Shown here: piece by piece, positions 24,860 to 39,099 of the stretch
How the letters are laid out: every line of letters begins with the position of its first letter
Position numbering within the stretch: the first letter of the stretch is position 1
Source of the DNA: Podarcis bocagei
Taxonomy: Eukaryota
NCBI GenBank assembly: GCA_964188305.1
Contig: OZ076896.1
DNA: 64,000 nucleotides
Strand: one strand, 5' to 3'
Translations under genes and position numbers: made by a program
Notes under the pieces: model-generated
The model's input: only the letters and a program-made list of their open reading frames with translations
Told to the model about the DNA's origin: nothing
Database searches by the model: none

Positions 24860-25660
24860 GGGCAAGATGGTTCCTCTTGATCTCTCAGCACTTTTCGACG
24901 CTGTTGACCATGATGTCATGGAGAGAATCAAGGTTGGGAGTTGGAGGCACTGTATTACAGTAGATTTGCTCCTGTCTTGCAAGGTTGCTACCAAAAATTA
25001 GCATTAAGAGACTATTGCTCCAACCCCATGGTTTTGGGGCTGTGGGATTCTGTAGATGTATATTCTGTCTCCTATGCTATTCTGTATCCACATGAAACCA
25101 TTTGGAGCTGTCATCTGGGGATTTGGAGAATAGTTTTATCACCATTCTCTCTCTCCATTCCATCTGAATTGGGATACACAGTAAAGGGGTTGCTCTGATG
25201 CCTAGTGGCAGAGATGGGCTGGATGGGTGGCCAAAACTGAGGTGAATCCTTGTGAGGTAGAAGTGGCCTCTGTGGTCATAGTTGCCTATATGCAGATTAG
25301 GCTGGTCCACCAGTTGCAGTTGTTTCTAGGTTGGCCTTCGTCGGTAATTCTCTAGTTCCCTTCCATCTGGACTACTACAGTACTCTTTGTGGGGCTACAC
25401 TTGAAGCTGGTTTCTGGAAGCTGCAGTTAGTGCAGAACACAGCTGCTCAGTTGGTAAATGAGCATTCCAATGGGGGACTATGTTTCACCAGTACTGAGTG
25501 TGCTGCACTGGCTCTCAGTGAGCTACCTGGCCTAATGCAAGAAAATAGTGCTGGTGTGCGAAGCCCAGAATAACTTGGATCAAAGTACTTAGAGGATTGC
25601 CTACACCAAATAAACTATTTCAGACCTTGTAATTGGCAGGGGAAGTCCTGTTGGTAGTAT
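24860..25660 (+). mobile_element. Old degenerate L2-clade RT fragment
   Basis: Remnants of LLDLSA.F..VDH, LDYY.TL and KLQLVQNTAA.LV with many frameshifts. Confidence 0.7.
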
Positions 25661-26946
25661 CACTGATGTGTTACCTGACTGCGTAGTCTAGTGCAGCCCT
25701 GATGTAGTTATCTGCCTAAACCATATTTTGTGTGTCTTACCAGACTATTGAGAAAAGTTTAGCCCCTTGGTTCTCAGTGGCAGTGAATGTGGAATAAATA
25801 TTCATAGGTCTCATGCAGCAGAAACAGCACATGGCTTGAGTTTGAACCCAGTGATTTTTTGCTTTTAGGTTGTCTTCAAAAGTTCAAAGCTCAGCATACT
25901 TGAAATGATTATGGTATGGTATCATATGTCAACACCAATACAGAAGGCTCATTTACTCTATGCATCAAGGGCCGCTCCCTGTTGGGAAAGCTAATCTTGC
26001 AGAATTCCTTATTTGCGCAAGTATTTATCTGCAATAGTTCTTGCTCAATACCTATATCCAGTCAGATGACAGACACAGAAGCCTTTCTCACTTTCTCATT
26101 ATACTAGAACTTGGATGCTGGAATATGCAGATTAGATGAAAGGAGGCACGTCTGGAATTTGCTTCCACAAGATGTTGTAATGGCCACCATCTTGGATGGT
26201 TTTAAAACGATGTTAGACAAATTTGTGGTAGGTTGGAAGATAAAATTACAAAACACTACTAGCCATGATTGCTGCATGATGTAGCATTGATAAGGATCAG
26301 ATGACTAAATGCTCCTCTGTATAAATAATAATAAGCTTCATCTAGAAACCAGTGTGTTGGTCAGAAGGGGGTCTAGTTTTCTTCCTGACAAGTTTATTTT
26401 CTGTGGAAATGTTTGTATGTATGGAGGAGCAATCAACCTATGGCTTTACTACCTCAGTGAGAAGTAGGCCTAATTAAGCTTGTTTAGCGCAGTGACATTT
26501 TATGAGATAGGGAAGTTCCTGGAGCAAATTTCACATTGGCCATGAACTTACTTGGCTGCTTTATGCCAGTCAAAGTTGTCATACTTCTTCATAAGCAATA
26601 TGGAAATAATTGGGATAAGGGATATTTGTGAAGACCTGTTGTTGAACGCTCAGAATGCATTACATATATGCTAAGAAGTATTACATATTAATCTAAACTC
26701 ATGATGTTTCTGTAGATCAAGGGTGGGGAATCACTTTTGACCCAGGGCTGCATTCTCTTCTAAGCCAGTGGCGGGTGAGGCCAGAAGGAAAAGTAGAGAA
26801 AGAAACAAATTTAATTTTACCTTTGGAAGGTATGCTTATTTCAATGCACACTCACACATCCATTGCCATTCAAGCAAGCAAGAATCATTAGTTGTTGTTA
26901 ATCTCCTTCTATAGTTATATCTCAAGGCGATGTACAAAATATAATA

Positions 26947-27165
26947 CAGTCATACCTCATGTTATGGACTCTTCAGGTTACGTGTTTTTGGGTTGCAGAC
27001 AGCGGGAAATCCAGAAGTACCAGAACTCCGTTTCGCCACTTGTGCATGCGCAGAAGCGCCAAACCACACAGGTGCCTGCGCAGAAGAGGCACTTCAGGAT
27101 GCGAACACTGAGGGTTGCGGGCATGCCTCCGTCACGGATTACATCCGCAACCCGAGGTTCCACTG
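26947..27165. mobile_element. Tc1/mariner (Tigger/pogo-like) MITE
   Basis: ta|CAGTCATACCTC ... GAGGTTCCACTG|ta, with TA TSD. Confidence 0.8.
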
Positions 27166-30100
27166 TAAAAGCAAATAAAACAGTTAAAACACAACACAAA
27201 AAATACAAGTTTTTTAAAAAACAAACAAAATAGACACCAATGGCAGAGACCTATTCATACAACAGGAACAAAAATGTCTTCATTTGGTTCTGGAAAGTTC
27301 AGATAGTGGGCACCTTCTAAATCTCAAGGGGAATGTTGTTCCACAGAACTGGGGCAACTGAAAGCCCTGCTCCAAATGACTGTGGAACTGGCTTTTTATA
27401 TCTTTGGAACTTTCAGGATAAGCTCTAGGCAGTGACCTACTGGGTACATAAGGGATAAGGTGGGTCAAGGAGACCATTCAAGGAGGGTGCAAAGCGAAGC
27501 TGGTGAGGGTTGTGGCTGGGCAGGAGGGAATGTCCCAAGGGCCAAATAGAAAGGCCCTCTTGACTGGAGGACTGCATTTGGTTCTGTATATACAAATATC
27601 ATGTGTTGATTACTTTGTAGGTTAACTATATTTATATAGGTGACTAGAGTGTCTCCTGAAGAAAAGTAAAACTGGAGGAAGCACGGAAGGTTCATGCTGT
27701 CCCCTTCTCCTTGACTCTGAGTCGTGTACGGAGATGGGAGGTGGATGTGCTTCAGTTTTGAGAAAAGAATGTTATATCTTCCCAGGGGATGTCTTTCCTT
27801 CTACTGCACCCTCAAGTATGACTAGAAAGAGTGAGAGCACACCTGGCACTTTTGCTTCCTCATTTGCTGCTTCTTCTAAATGTCCAGGCAGGACTTTAAT
27901 GGCTTTGTGAATGTGGTGGTGAGCAAAATGGTCATAAATCTTCTGACAGTGTATTTGGTGATTAGGTAAGAGAAAAAAGTTAATGTAGAAGAACCAGACA
28001 AGGTATAAGTTTTGCCAGAATACCTAAATACAGTTTCTAGAAGATGTCAATGGATTTGCTGGAGGACAGTGTTGTCTGTCTCTTCCTGTTCCCACTTTGA
28101 TTGTAAATTCCATCTCTCCTTCATTCAATGGTACTGTCTGTGCTTGGAGTAGAAGCTTATTAGGTATAGTTAACTGAGAAGTGCTATACTCTACTCTCTT
28201 TCCTAGTGAAATTGGAAGTTATGTAAGAGAAGCAAATATAAAGACCTTGCTTGTGGAGTTGCATGAAATAATATTGTTGAATAATCTAACTTGGTATAGT
28301 TTTGTTTTGTTAACTAAACCCAAGACAATTTAGCGTGGTTCAAGTGATACTTCAGAGGAATTCATTATCACTTCTGGAATAAGAATTACATGTACAACTT
28401 ACATGTTTACAGTGGAGCCACCATTAGAAATTTGTTATTTATTTTCTTCCTGCAAAATGTATCATAGTAATATGTGCCTATAAAACACACATAGAAGTTT
28501 GTCTAGTCTGTCATTCTCTCTCCAGAGTCTATTTTAATCTACAAAACCTCCCATTAGTCTTTGAAATATTGAAAAAGAAAACATCTATTTTGGCTTCCTG
28601 AACACAGGTTGAATATTTGCCTGGCAACTAGAAGAGAAATACCTAATTATAAGCTTGCAGAATTGATGGGGAAATCAAGTGTTCAAATATAGGGTTCATA
28701 ATACTCTGTTTGCTTTAATTTCATAGTAAGACAGCAATTGAAACATTTATCACTTGCTACAGTTCCTGAAGAATGTGTGTCCTAACACCTACTAATGTAA
28801 ACATTCAGGCCTGTAAATTGCTCCTACGCTTACAGAAAAATGTAGGAGTTGGAAGTTGAGAACTGAGATTTATTAAGTGGCTAGTATAGAAAGCTAATCA
28901 GAAGAGGTTTCAGAGTGTCAGCAAAGTACTGAGGACATTTTAAAGGTTCAGTTAATTTGATTGTGCATGCTATATAGACTGTGATTGTGAAATGGACACA
29001 GCTTTCTTTGATTTTCTCCTAAGGGAACATCTTTTAATTTCACCCACCCCCAGCCATTTTATCCTTTGTATTTGAATATACAAACTTATTTTAACAGGCA
29101 ATAGCTTAAGAATGCATTGCTGCTTACCACCATCTTGAGATGCTGGTTTCCCTTTTCATTAGCCTTGTTCGTGTTAGAGGGGAAATTACACTGGATGTTC
29201 AACTACAGCTTTTTGCTTTCAGAAGATCAGGTCAGAAGTGTTGGGGCAATGGTAGAAGGTGAGAGAGGAATCTTGAATTGTCCACATTGGGTTTTGAACT
29301 TTGGTCCATGACATGTTTGTTTGCCATAAGCAATAGGAAAAATCCCTAGGGTGCCTCCCCCAGTTCCACAGAAAGAAAATGAATTAAAAGAGGGAAATTG
29401 AAAAAGTGGTTTCTGTGGCCCAGAGCTCCCCCTAAACGCACAGGCGCGTCCTGACACACACCATGAGAACAAGAAAAAGTCTGAGCAATGTACCTGCAGA
29501 TGCAGCCACCACTCAGTCTTTTCAGAGTGTTGTCCATTTTTCTCTCCTGTCCTCGCCCTGTCTAGAATGGAAGGGAGGGGTGACTTTTGAAAGAGACTCA
29601 GCCTACATTTATCCCAATATTGGGATCTGGTTTTTCTAGTTGTCCAGTGCAGAAACACTTGAGGAAAAGGTGTTTTCTTGTTTTGAAAAATGTATGGTGA
29701 GAAAAGTGTCTGAGTTCAGTGTGTTTAGTGACATCACTTGGGCGCAAGAATGCTATATTTTAAAAAGTGGTTAAACGGTAGAAAGGGACTTGAGAACTTC
29801 TGCTCCCTATGGAAAGTAACCCTCCACCCACCAGCTTTATTCTCTTTTGCCTCATTGTGTACCCTTGAAAAAACAATTGTAGGAAACCTGTGTTTCTGGA
29901 TTTGTTATGAGACACAGCACACCATTAGGCAGGCACAATATTTAGATGGATACAATTGCTATTGTCAGTAAATGCAAATGTTTACTATTTTCTAAACCAA
30001 CATTTATCCCATTTCCCCAAGCTTCCATCACAGTGTCTTTGAAACACCACGCATCTCTGAGCTTAGATAGTGGGCATTGTACTTTGTGATCTTTTTTGCT

Positions 30101-30464
30101 AAGTAAAGTAAGCAATGGACACTTACTTCAGAGTATAAAGGGATTACTTGTTCTGATCACTTCAAAAGACCATTCCATAGATGCTTGTATCACTTCTTTT
30201 TTCCTTATTGGAAAGCAATGGGGGATGTAGATCACTCCATGTTTTGTTCTTTAAGAGGAGCCTTTGTAAATGACGCAAATCCTTCTGCTAATCAGCCCAC
30301 CTGGGGACTGAAATTGGCAAAAGCAACAACTTGCAAATGTGGAATGCAAGCTACAGATGTGAGTTCCTTCAGTTAGGGACCCACATTTGTGCCCTGTTAT
30401 ACCTGCAAGTCTCTGTTGAACACCATCAATTTGGGACTAAATAGAGACTAGGATGATTACTGTA

Positions 30465-30870
30465 TTATTATTTATTAAATTTCTATTCTGCTCTTCATCT
30501 AGAGATCTCAGGGTGGTTCGTAACATAAAATTGCAATATAAAAAACACAAAGTACATAAAAAAGAAGAACAAAAATAACCAATAATCCCCCCTCCTACAA
30601 CACATTTAAAAGGGCATCAGCCAAAGGCCTGGTTGAAGAGGAATGTCTGGTGCCTAAAGGTGTATAATGAAGGCGCTAGCCAAACCTCCCTGGGGAGAGC
30701 ATTCCACAAATGGGCGAAAAGGCCCAGCCAGATGGGTGGGGTATAAATAATAAATTATGATGATGTTGATGGAGGAAACCAATGAAGAAGGGCCTCAGAT
30801 GATGATCTTAAGGTTATGGGTATGTTCATTTGGAGAGAGGTAGTGCTTGAGGTATTGCAGTCCTGAGTGG
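30465..30870 (-). mobile_element. Older L2-like 3' fragment containing an inserted + strand L2 tail (~30720-30765)
   Basis: AT-rich tail and 3' UTR on the minus strand, with internal cccagccagatgggtggggtataaataataaatt in the opposite orientation. Confidence 0.6.
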
Positions 30871-33800
30871 CTGTCACACTTAGAATGTAGGGTTATCATG
30901 TTTGAAACCTGCTTTTCCATATTCTGAGAAGAAAACCCTTTGTGGCATTATGACTAGTTTTGGGAGAATCTTTCCAGCTGTCCCACCCATGTGGTGGGAC
31001 GAAGCAGCCACCTTGGGCAGTGGAAACTGAAGTGGCAGTGCCCCATCTGCCCTGCTGCCTCTGCTGCTGACGGAAAAGCGATGCTGGCAGTGGTGCTGGC
31101 TTCTAGTGTGATCTTACTGGAAACCTTTATTGTTGCTGTTGCTTTGCAGCTGTTGCCCCCCAGCGCAGATCAGGGAGGCTTTGGTAGCAGCACGTTTCTG
31201 TTCCTGTTGTTAGAGCAAGCTTCTGGCAGTGTGGTAGAACTTGCCTGTTAGCCAATACATCCTGTGATATTCAGTAGCACACCATGGGCAATGTAAGAAA
31301 CTTTGATCTAGGTAGCAGAGCGAGTTACAGATTACATAAAGCAACATAAAGGTCAAGGTGAATAATTGAAGACTGCCGCAGAGGGGAGGAGGAAGGAGAT
31401 ATGAGAGAGAGGTGATTGGATTGGGTTTTTCTTTTTTTTTAACCTGTCTTTGTCTTCTTAGAAGCACATCAGGAGGAGGCAGCACACCAGGAAGAGGCAA
31501 ACATCTGTATGGCAGAGTAAATCCAGGTCACATCATGTATTTTACTGGGCTGTGTCACCAGTGTGAGAGTACAAAAGCAGTGGGTTTCTTCTATACCTGC
31601 GTTTCCTACTAAAAAGCAGCACTTGCTAGCAAAGCTGTGGCTCCTTCCTGAACAGAACAGTCTCTTACCAAATACCTCTGCATTGTTTTAGTCATACATT
31701 TTGATTACATGTGATGAGACCAATAATCCTTGATAGCAGTTTTATTTCCATAATGACACCAGAGAACGATTGCTTGTGCACTCCAGAGGTGAAAGTCAAA
31801 ATGGACTGGTTTTGTTCAGCCAAATTTGGGGTCTATATGCAATTTCATATGCAATTGAATATACTGTGACTACTTTGCCAGAGCAGTGAGATTTCCAATA
31901 CTGGGCAGAAAGACCTAAAATCCATCATTTGTATCTCACTTGATTTCTAACTTGCATGATCCCTAATAGTTAACCTCCACATCATTTGTAGATGTATTCC
32001 GTTAAAATAGTGAATGAACATTAATGTTGGCGCTTTTAATCAAAATCTCAATGTGTGCTGTAAACAAGTATGGAAATTACTGTAAACATTTCCCCCTTTT
32101 TCAGAAGTATGGTCTGTTATGCTCACAAGAAGGAGAACCATCTTACCCCAACCCAAACTTTTGAATTACCATATCTTGCAAAATTAATTGGTCGGCATGG
32201 TCAGCACTACATCACAACTACAGTACCAAATCAGATTGAGAATGTTAGCTCTTGAAATGAAGGGGACAATTTTGCTTTTTTACAGCTGTTGCTAGAATTG
32301 TGTGGAGCATGTTGCTATGGCACTGAGTTGCTATAAGCAAGAAAATATTGAAATAAACAGCTACAATGCCTGCAGATTTTCTTTGCAGTAGACAGATATG
32401 TTCTTACTACTGTATATGGCACACAAGCCCTAAATGTGTGTTGTTGGCACATCTTACTTTAGCTCAGGGACAGGGAACCTTCAGCCTGCCCACCAAATTT
32501 GGCACTGTGTGGGTCCCAGTTTAGCCCATGAGGTTGTTTTCTCCAGCCACCTACCCCACACCTGATATCATATGTGCAGCCAGGTAGAGATGTGGCTGAT
32601 CTAGCACAACATCTCTGAAATGGCTGGGGGGGGGTGTGTGTCTTTGGCTACATTTATTTTTGTTGGTCAACAAGCTTTGCAATAAAAAAGTGAAGTGTGT
32701 GTGCATGTGTCTGTGTGTAATATAACAGCAGCTTTTAATAGGAAGGGAATATTTTCACTTGTTCATGACACACAACAGGATGCAAATCTGAATCTACCTT
32801 GTGCGAACAGAGTTCTGCTTATAGCACAGAACTTCCCCTCCCCCTCCTGACCCCATGGGCTCCAAAAATTTGTTCCAACCCTCTGGAGCAGATTTTGAGG
32901 GTGTGCAGGGGAATGAAAAGGGAGGTTTTGTTGCACAAGCAGAAATCGGTTGAAGGAATGCAATGGCAGTGCTGGATATAAACCCTTGTGTCCCTCCCTT
33001 CTCATGTTTTCAATCTCTTAATAGGATGAGAGTTTAACAACCTGGCAGTTCCTAATCGCGAAATGTGTCAAAATGAGAGGACTTTATAAGGGGTTCCCCT
33101 GCGTGTGCTGGAACAAAATAGTCACTGACCCACATGGCTGGCACTTTAGGGATAGTGGAGTGAATAGTCACTAGCCCCCCTCCTTTTGTCTAAAAGTCCC
33201 ACCTATACCAGAGCTGCTTGCAGAAAAACTTGACTCCCCCCCTCCCCCCAATACAGTGTATTTCACATCTTGGTTTTCTGGAATGTGTGAAAAAGCTGAC
33301 CTAAAATGGCTGGTCCTTCTCCAAGAAATGACCTTGGAATGTCTGAGCCATAGGCATTTCCCCCCACTTTCTCTTTACCAGATTCTTCTCAATAGTTAAA
33401 GGTTTAAAGCCAACATTATTCATAATGGGCTAGTATTTCAAGATCAACATCAGTGATTGTTACCTTTATAAAATATGAATTGCTGAGAGTGGACTTCAGA
33501 TTACTGGAGAAATGAGGCATACTGAGATCAGTGCTTATTTTAATGCTTAGCTGTGATTTCTTACATGGTAACTTGATAGCAGCCAAATGTGGGATGATCA
33601 TTAATGATGAACAACATTTTCCAAGCCTTGAAACAATGAGTGTCTTTTTTTATTCACAAATTTGGATGCTGTTGCAATCTGCTTGGCATTCCTGCTTTGC
33701 AGTTGAAGCAAGAGCAGTGACTAATGCAGCCAAATTTTCTGTATTAAAATAAGTGTGTTTTTATGTTTTAATGTTTCAGACATTTTAAAGTGCATCCTGA

Positions 33801-35690
33801 AACCTTAAAATATTATGTCATTAGTCATGCCACCATGTGATCGTGTTTCCTTGACTAAAGTTGCTATTATATTGCTGGAGATAAGGGAATTGCATTTCAC
33901 CTCACATATTAATTGGTGGTAAGAAAATAGCAGCACTGGCTATATAGTATCTCCAGTATTAATGAATATGTGTCCATGATTACACCCTGTCCAGGAACTA
34001 TGTTTATAATTCTCTCACTGTGAAACACTTGTTGATTTTTTTTTTATAAAAAAAGCCCTTCTGTTAGTAATTTATTGCAGATGTGGGGAACCTTTGACCC
34101 TGCAGCTGTTTCTGAGCTACAACTTCTATAATCCCTGGCACTAGCCAGGCTTTCTGGGGCAAATGGGAGTTGTAGTTCAGCAACAAGACCTAGGGGAATG
34201 CGCTAAAATTAAGTCAGGATTGCCAATCCACATGTGGATTTTAGAGTGAGTGAAGTGGGTACCAGACCTTCTGGCCACTTATCTCACCCAATCCTTGGAT
34301 CACCCACCCACCCAAGGCACAGAAAAAGCACATGCACACATACTTCACTTTTCTAAGGGTTCTGGGTAAAAGCTGGAGAGAGTAGAATTGATCTGAGCCT
34401 TGAAAAACACATAGATCTGAAAGACAAAGTGGGAAATGGTGTCCCTCCTCTAACTTTCTCCTTCAGCTTGATGGTGCTTTCCAAGGGAAGGGAAAAGTAA
34501 CCACCCTCAGCACCTCATAACCAAGAGGGCAGTAAGGGGGTGGGGCGCAGAGTCTTCATGGGCACCAAGGGAAAACTTCAGGAGCACCCATGGGTGCCAC
34601 ACTGACAACCTCTGTAGTTAAATCTATAGGTTTTTGTCACTCTTACTGCCTTGATACTCTTAGAAACGGATGTCTTTATTCCTATAACCATCTTTACCAC
34701 AGAGTGTTTAACACAGTTACCACAGATCTTGTGCTGGCAGTAAATCAGATAATAGTTCGGTTTGGAAGTGTGTGTGAATTAAGAAGAATTTCTAAACTAA
34801 TGTTTAGTACAGGCATTGCACTCCTTCCCAGCACTACCTCACTTTTAAACAGGTGAAATGGAAGTGTAGCAACATGTAAGCAGTAAGAGCACAGATTCAT
34901 TCAGCTAAAGAACCAGAGTAAAAGTTGTAAGGACAGCTGGTGTTGGAACAGTAAATAGTGGTAAACGCCTTCAGTGGAAGATGTGAAATGCCTTTATAAT
35001 GTGTTCATGAGATTCATGCACAAACTCATAGGAGAAAACTTTCCAGGACTTGTACAATGGTTTGAGCTTTCTGCTATGCCAAACTGTTTTCCTTGCTCAG
35101 GCCTCAGAATTTGTTCAGCACATAGCCTTAGTCTTGGAAAAGTACAGAGAAGTACCTTGGAGTAGTAACATGGAAATAAAACCCCGATTACAAGAGCCAT
35201 CTTGTGGAGGAACTTATTTTGTGACTAATTGTCAACATGTTAGTCAAATATTTCTCTGGGCCACAAGGGGATCTTCACCCTCTGGTCGATCTTGCCAAAT
35301 TACTAGACTCCACGTCCTGTCGAAATGAACCTGCTGTCGTTCTGCTCCTTAGTGTCTAGTCCATTGTCAAGTGTCCTGCGTTTGTGTGTCCTTATGGAAT
35401 TGGGAGGTCAGTGGTGGCCATATGCTGTTGTGGGCTCTTGCATGAAGTACATTTTGGGAGCCCCTCTCAGCTAGTTTTTATTATACATCAGCTTTTAATT
35501 ACATTCCTTCAGAGATGAAAAAATATTACAAGAAGCAGTTTCATTAAATATGAAGTACATATATTCAGAGTTTATATAACTTGTTAACATGGCAAATTAG
35601 AATATATTAGCAGAAAGTTGGATGGCATAAGTTGTGCACACTGATATCACTATGTCAGTGCATAGCTCAGCTAGTAACAACAATATTGTA

Positions 35691-36296
35691 ATTTATTATT
35701 TATATGCCACCCATCTGACTGGGTTGCCCCAGCCACTCTGGGCGGCTTCCAACAAATTATAAAACCACAGTAGAACATTAAACATTGAAAACTTCCCTAT
35801 ATGGGGCTGCCTTCAGATGCCTTCTAAAAAGTCAAATCCTTGTTTATTTCCTCGACATCTAACGGGAGGGTTTTCTACAGGGTGGTCACAACTACTGAGA
35901 AGGCCTTCTGCCTGGTTCCCTGTAATCTCACTACTCTCAATCAGGGAACCACTAGAAGGCCCGCGGAGCTTGATCTCAGTGTCTGGGATGAATGATGGGG
36001 GTGGAGATGCTCCTTCAGGTAGACAGGGCCAAGGCTGTTTAGGGCTTTAATTATTAAACTTTGAATTGTGCTTGGAAATGTACTGGGAACCAAAGCAGAT
36101 CTTTTAGGACCAGTGTTATATGGTCCTGGCGGCTGCTCCCAGTCACCAGTCTGGCAGCCACATTCTGGATTAGTTGTAGTTTCTGAGTCTTCTTCAAAGG
36201 TATCCCCATGTAAAGCACATTACTGTGGTCCAAGTGGGAGATAACCAGAGCATGCACCATTTAGGCAAGACAGGGCACAGGAAGGTAGGGTCTTGG
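35691..36296 (-). mobile_element. L2-clade 3' fragment (older copy of the 13.7 kb family)
   Basis: Colinear with 13765-14370. Translates VHALVISHLDHSNVLYMGIPLKKTQKLQLIQNVAARLVTG, with substitutions and indels. Confidence 0.9.
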
Positions 36297-36749
36297 TAAA
36301 TTCCCACAACAGGCCACTCCGGTAGCAGTGGGCAAGCTTCAGACCTCATGCATTGCTGTCAAGAGAAAAAATAAAAAAATGAACTAAAATTATTATACTT
36401 TATGATGAAATGATATGCAGTTTCTGAGTTTGACTGACCCCATGAAGCATGTTGGCCACCACTGTGTGGGAGGTATACTTCTTTTCAGGTTTTAATTGTT
36501 GTGGTAGATGCATGGGGGGGGGGTGAGGAGACATGCCGTGGTTACATTCCTTTTGTGCTTTCCTCCTGTACCTTTATTACTTCAGAGTTGTTCATTAATG
36601 GCTTTGAAAGCAAGTGTTGGTTCAGCGTGGTTCATCTGTACATCTGATCTCCCAGCCTAGAAAGTGTCACACATCTGTGCAACACATCTCTTCTCCCCCC
36701 CCCCCCCATTGGTAATCTGGCCTTTCTCCAAGGATTTCAGGACAGCATA

Positions 36750-36872
36750 CCTGTGAGGTAAGGTGGGTGGAAAAAGTGACTTGCCTAAAGTAATGGTTAA
36801 CTTCATTGCTGAGAAGGGATTTGAGTTCAGGTTTTTCTGGTCCATGTCCAACTGCTTGTCCATTACACTACT
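36750..36872 (-). mobile_element. MIR/CORE-like SINE fragment
   Basis: cctgtgaggta..agtgacttgcctaa..gggatttgagttcagg..ccattacact, the typical reverse-strand tRNA/CORE SINE pattern. Confidence 0.6.
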
Positions 36873-39099
36873 TGAACACTTCCTTGCAGTTTCCCTTGCC
36901 CAGCAGTAATTTTAGATTTAAGGATGGTAGATCATTTAATGGTCATTGAAAGGCAGAGTTTCAGGAGTGACTGCTATAGTAGTGAAGACAATGTATGACA
37001 TATGTGTAGCAGCAGTTAAGAATGTTCCTCCTAGCAGTAATTCCATGTAGGTAAATAGTTCTGTAATCTTAACATATGCTTACTGCTTGAAGAAGGTGAA
37101 GTACTAAAACAGATCACTCACCTTTGAACTATCCTGCTTTGATCACTGTACCGTAACTTACTCTCAACCCAAAATAAGCCTTTTATTTGGCTTGTAAAAT
37201 GTGTTATAAAATTGAGTCTAATATGTGAACCTTTCTTGTTCTGAGGCTATGCTCTTTGGGATGAGTAAATCTTGTATTAATTTGTGGTGTCCCCAGAGTA
37301 GGATATAGCAATTGCCCCACATGCACAAATCAGAGGACAATTGTTAGCTATGCTTTAGGTCACGGAATGGTCTGAAGACATGTGGTACTGTTCTGTTGCT
37401 GAAGCTAAGCAAATCTGGCACTGAACACTGCTTTGATGAAAGACTGTCTGGGAACCACATGCAAGTCTCACTGAGGCTAAAAGGAAATAGGAGTGTAAAT
37501 AACAATCTGCTGCTGCTACTAGTGTAAATTCAATATTCACATCCCAATATATCTAAAAAGAAAAGCTTGATTTTTCATCATGCTTCATAGCACATGCAAA
37601 TCTCACATCTTTGATGTGCATGGTATTTTTTTTTTACACAAGGCAGACTGGTATGAAAATAGTTTTCTTTACCCTGAGAGGTGTTCAGTCTTAAGTAGTT
37701 TTTTAATAATGCTGTCTTTAGCAAAAGGCTGCCACTGTCCTGTCAGAAGGAATAGTCTATAAGCACATCAGAGAAGAGCAGTGTAGTTAATGTAAGTTAA
37801 TTCCCCTGCATGAGAGCTGCCAATAGTGCAATGAATCTGGGCATAGAAGAATCTCCCTTCTTGTAAAATGCATACCTGAGAGCTGTAAATCTCCAAACCC
37901 AGGAGCAGTTGCTGCTTCTGTTGTTGTTGCTGTGCTCTGGTGTTATTATTTCCCAGCAGTGGTTAGCCCTCCAGATTGCAAGTGCCCTTTTGGCTGTTCT
38001 GAATTAAGTCTGAGGTGGACTGGACAGTTGTCAAGTTGGAAAGGAGCTTTAAAGCCTGCTTTGTTCCTTTCCAGTCCTGCTTTCAGTGAAATTCAATTGG
38101 TTTGGGGAATCTGGCCCCTGCATTTTAGGACAGATTAATTCTAACCTGATACCATGTGTGCTTGGGAGACTTTCTCTTTGGAAGGAGTCCAGATGTTGTG
38201 TGGCAGGAGGCCAAAGCACTTTAACATGCTGTGCAGTGTCCTGAAATTGAAAGGCCAGAGGAGAGCACTTTTGCCTTGTTTCTGCCAAATGACAGAAAGA
38301 TATAGTGGCATGTAAGCAACGTAACATATGAAATCATCGAAAATCCTTAATATGCAACATCTCTTAAATAAACTAGTTGTGTTCAGAACTTGGATTTATT
38401 TGTGATGAAATTGCCAAAGCTTAATTTGGAAAGAATTACACGGTATTTGGGCAGGCATGGGGAATATTGAAGAAGAACTGGTTCTACTGCTTTGCTAACA
38501 CATTGGAGCATTGGTGGTGATGACATGCCTTCAGTGCGAAGCTGGGTAGTACTTATGCTAACAGATCAGAAGCCGGCTTGGTTTTATCAAGAAGTGGGTA
38601 ATGCTCTTCTTTCTGCAGTGATTTGCTTTTCTGTGAAGCACAGAGTCTTTCAGGCAAGGGGGTGTTTTCATGTCACCCAACTTCTCAGTAGCTGTTGGAG
38701 GAAGATTATTATGCAGACTTTGTTCCTGCCATGGGACAAATTTACCACATGAAAACATGCTATGCTGCATTAACGCTTATCGCTTAACCTGATTGTGAGG
38801 TTTGTTGCTGTTGTTGTCTATACAGAACTTGGAGATTTTTACTTGTTGCAGTAAATAATGGCAGAACTAGAAATTGTGGCAGAGTTGTAATAGATTATGG
38901 TAATGCTGGTGTTTATGATAAATTAATGATGGTGATAAATGTTGAAATAGAATGGATTTGAAATACAACTTTTACGCAACATAACTTTGCAAGACTGTGA
39001 TTGTAAAAATACAGCATTGGATCGAATATTAACAGATTTCCTTGACTGTATGCCAAAGTTTTCAGTTGTCACCTGAACAACTATAGTAGACGGATAACT

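Noticed and set aside
31462-31516. Possible cryptic exon (pyrimidine tract + ttcttag acceptor, purine-rich body)
   Set aside because: The donor is weak, the 55-nt length breaks frame and there is no IQGAP similarity. It would need RNA-seq support.
34835-34860. Recursive splice site (YnCAG|GTGAAA) in the long intron 2
   Set aside because: The pyrimidine tract is interrupted and the donor is mediocre. Similar weak AG|GT junctions occur at chance frequency.
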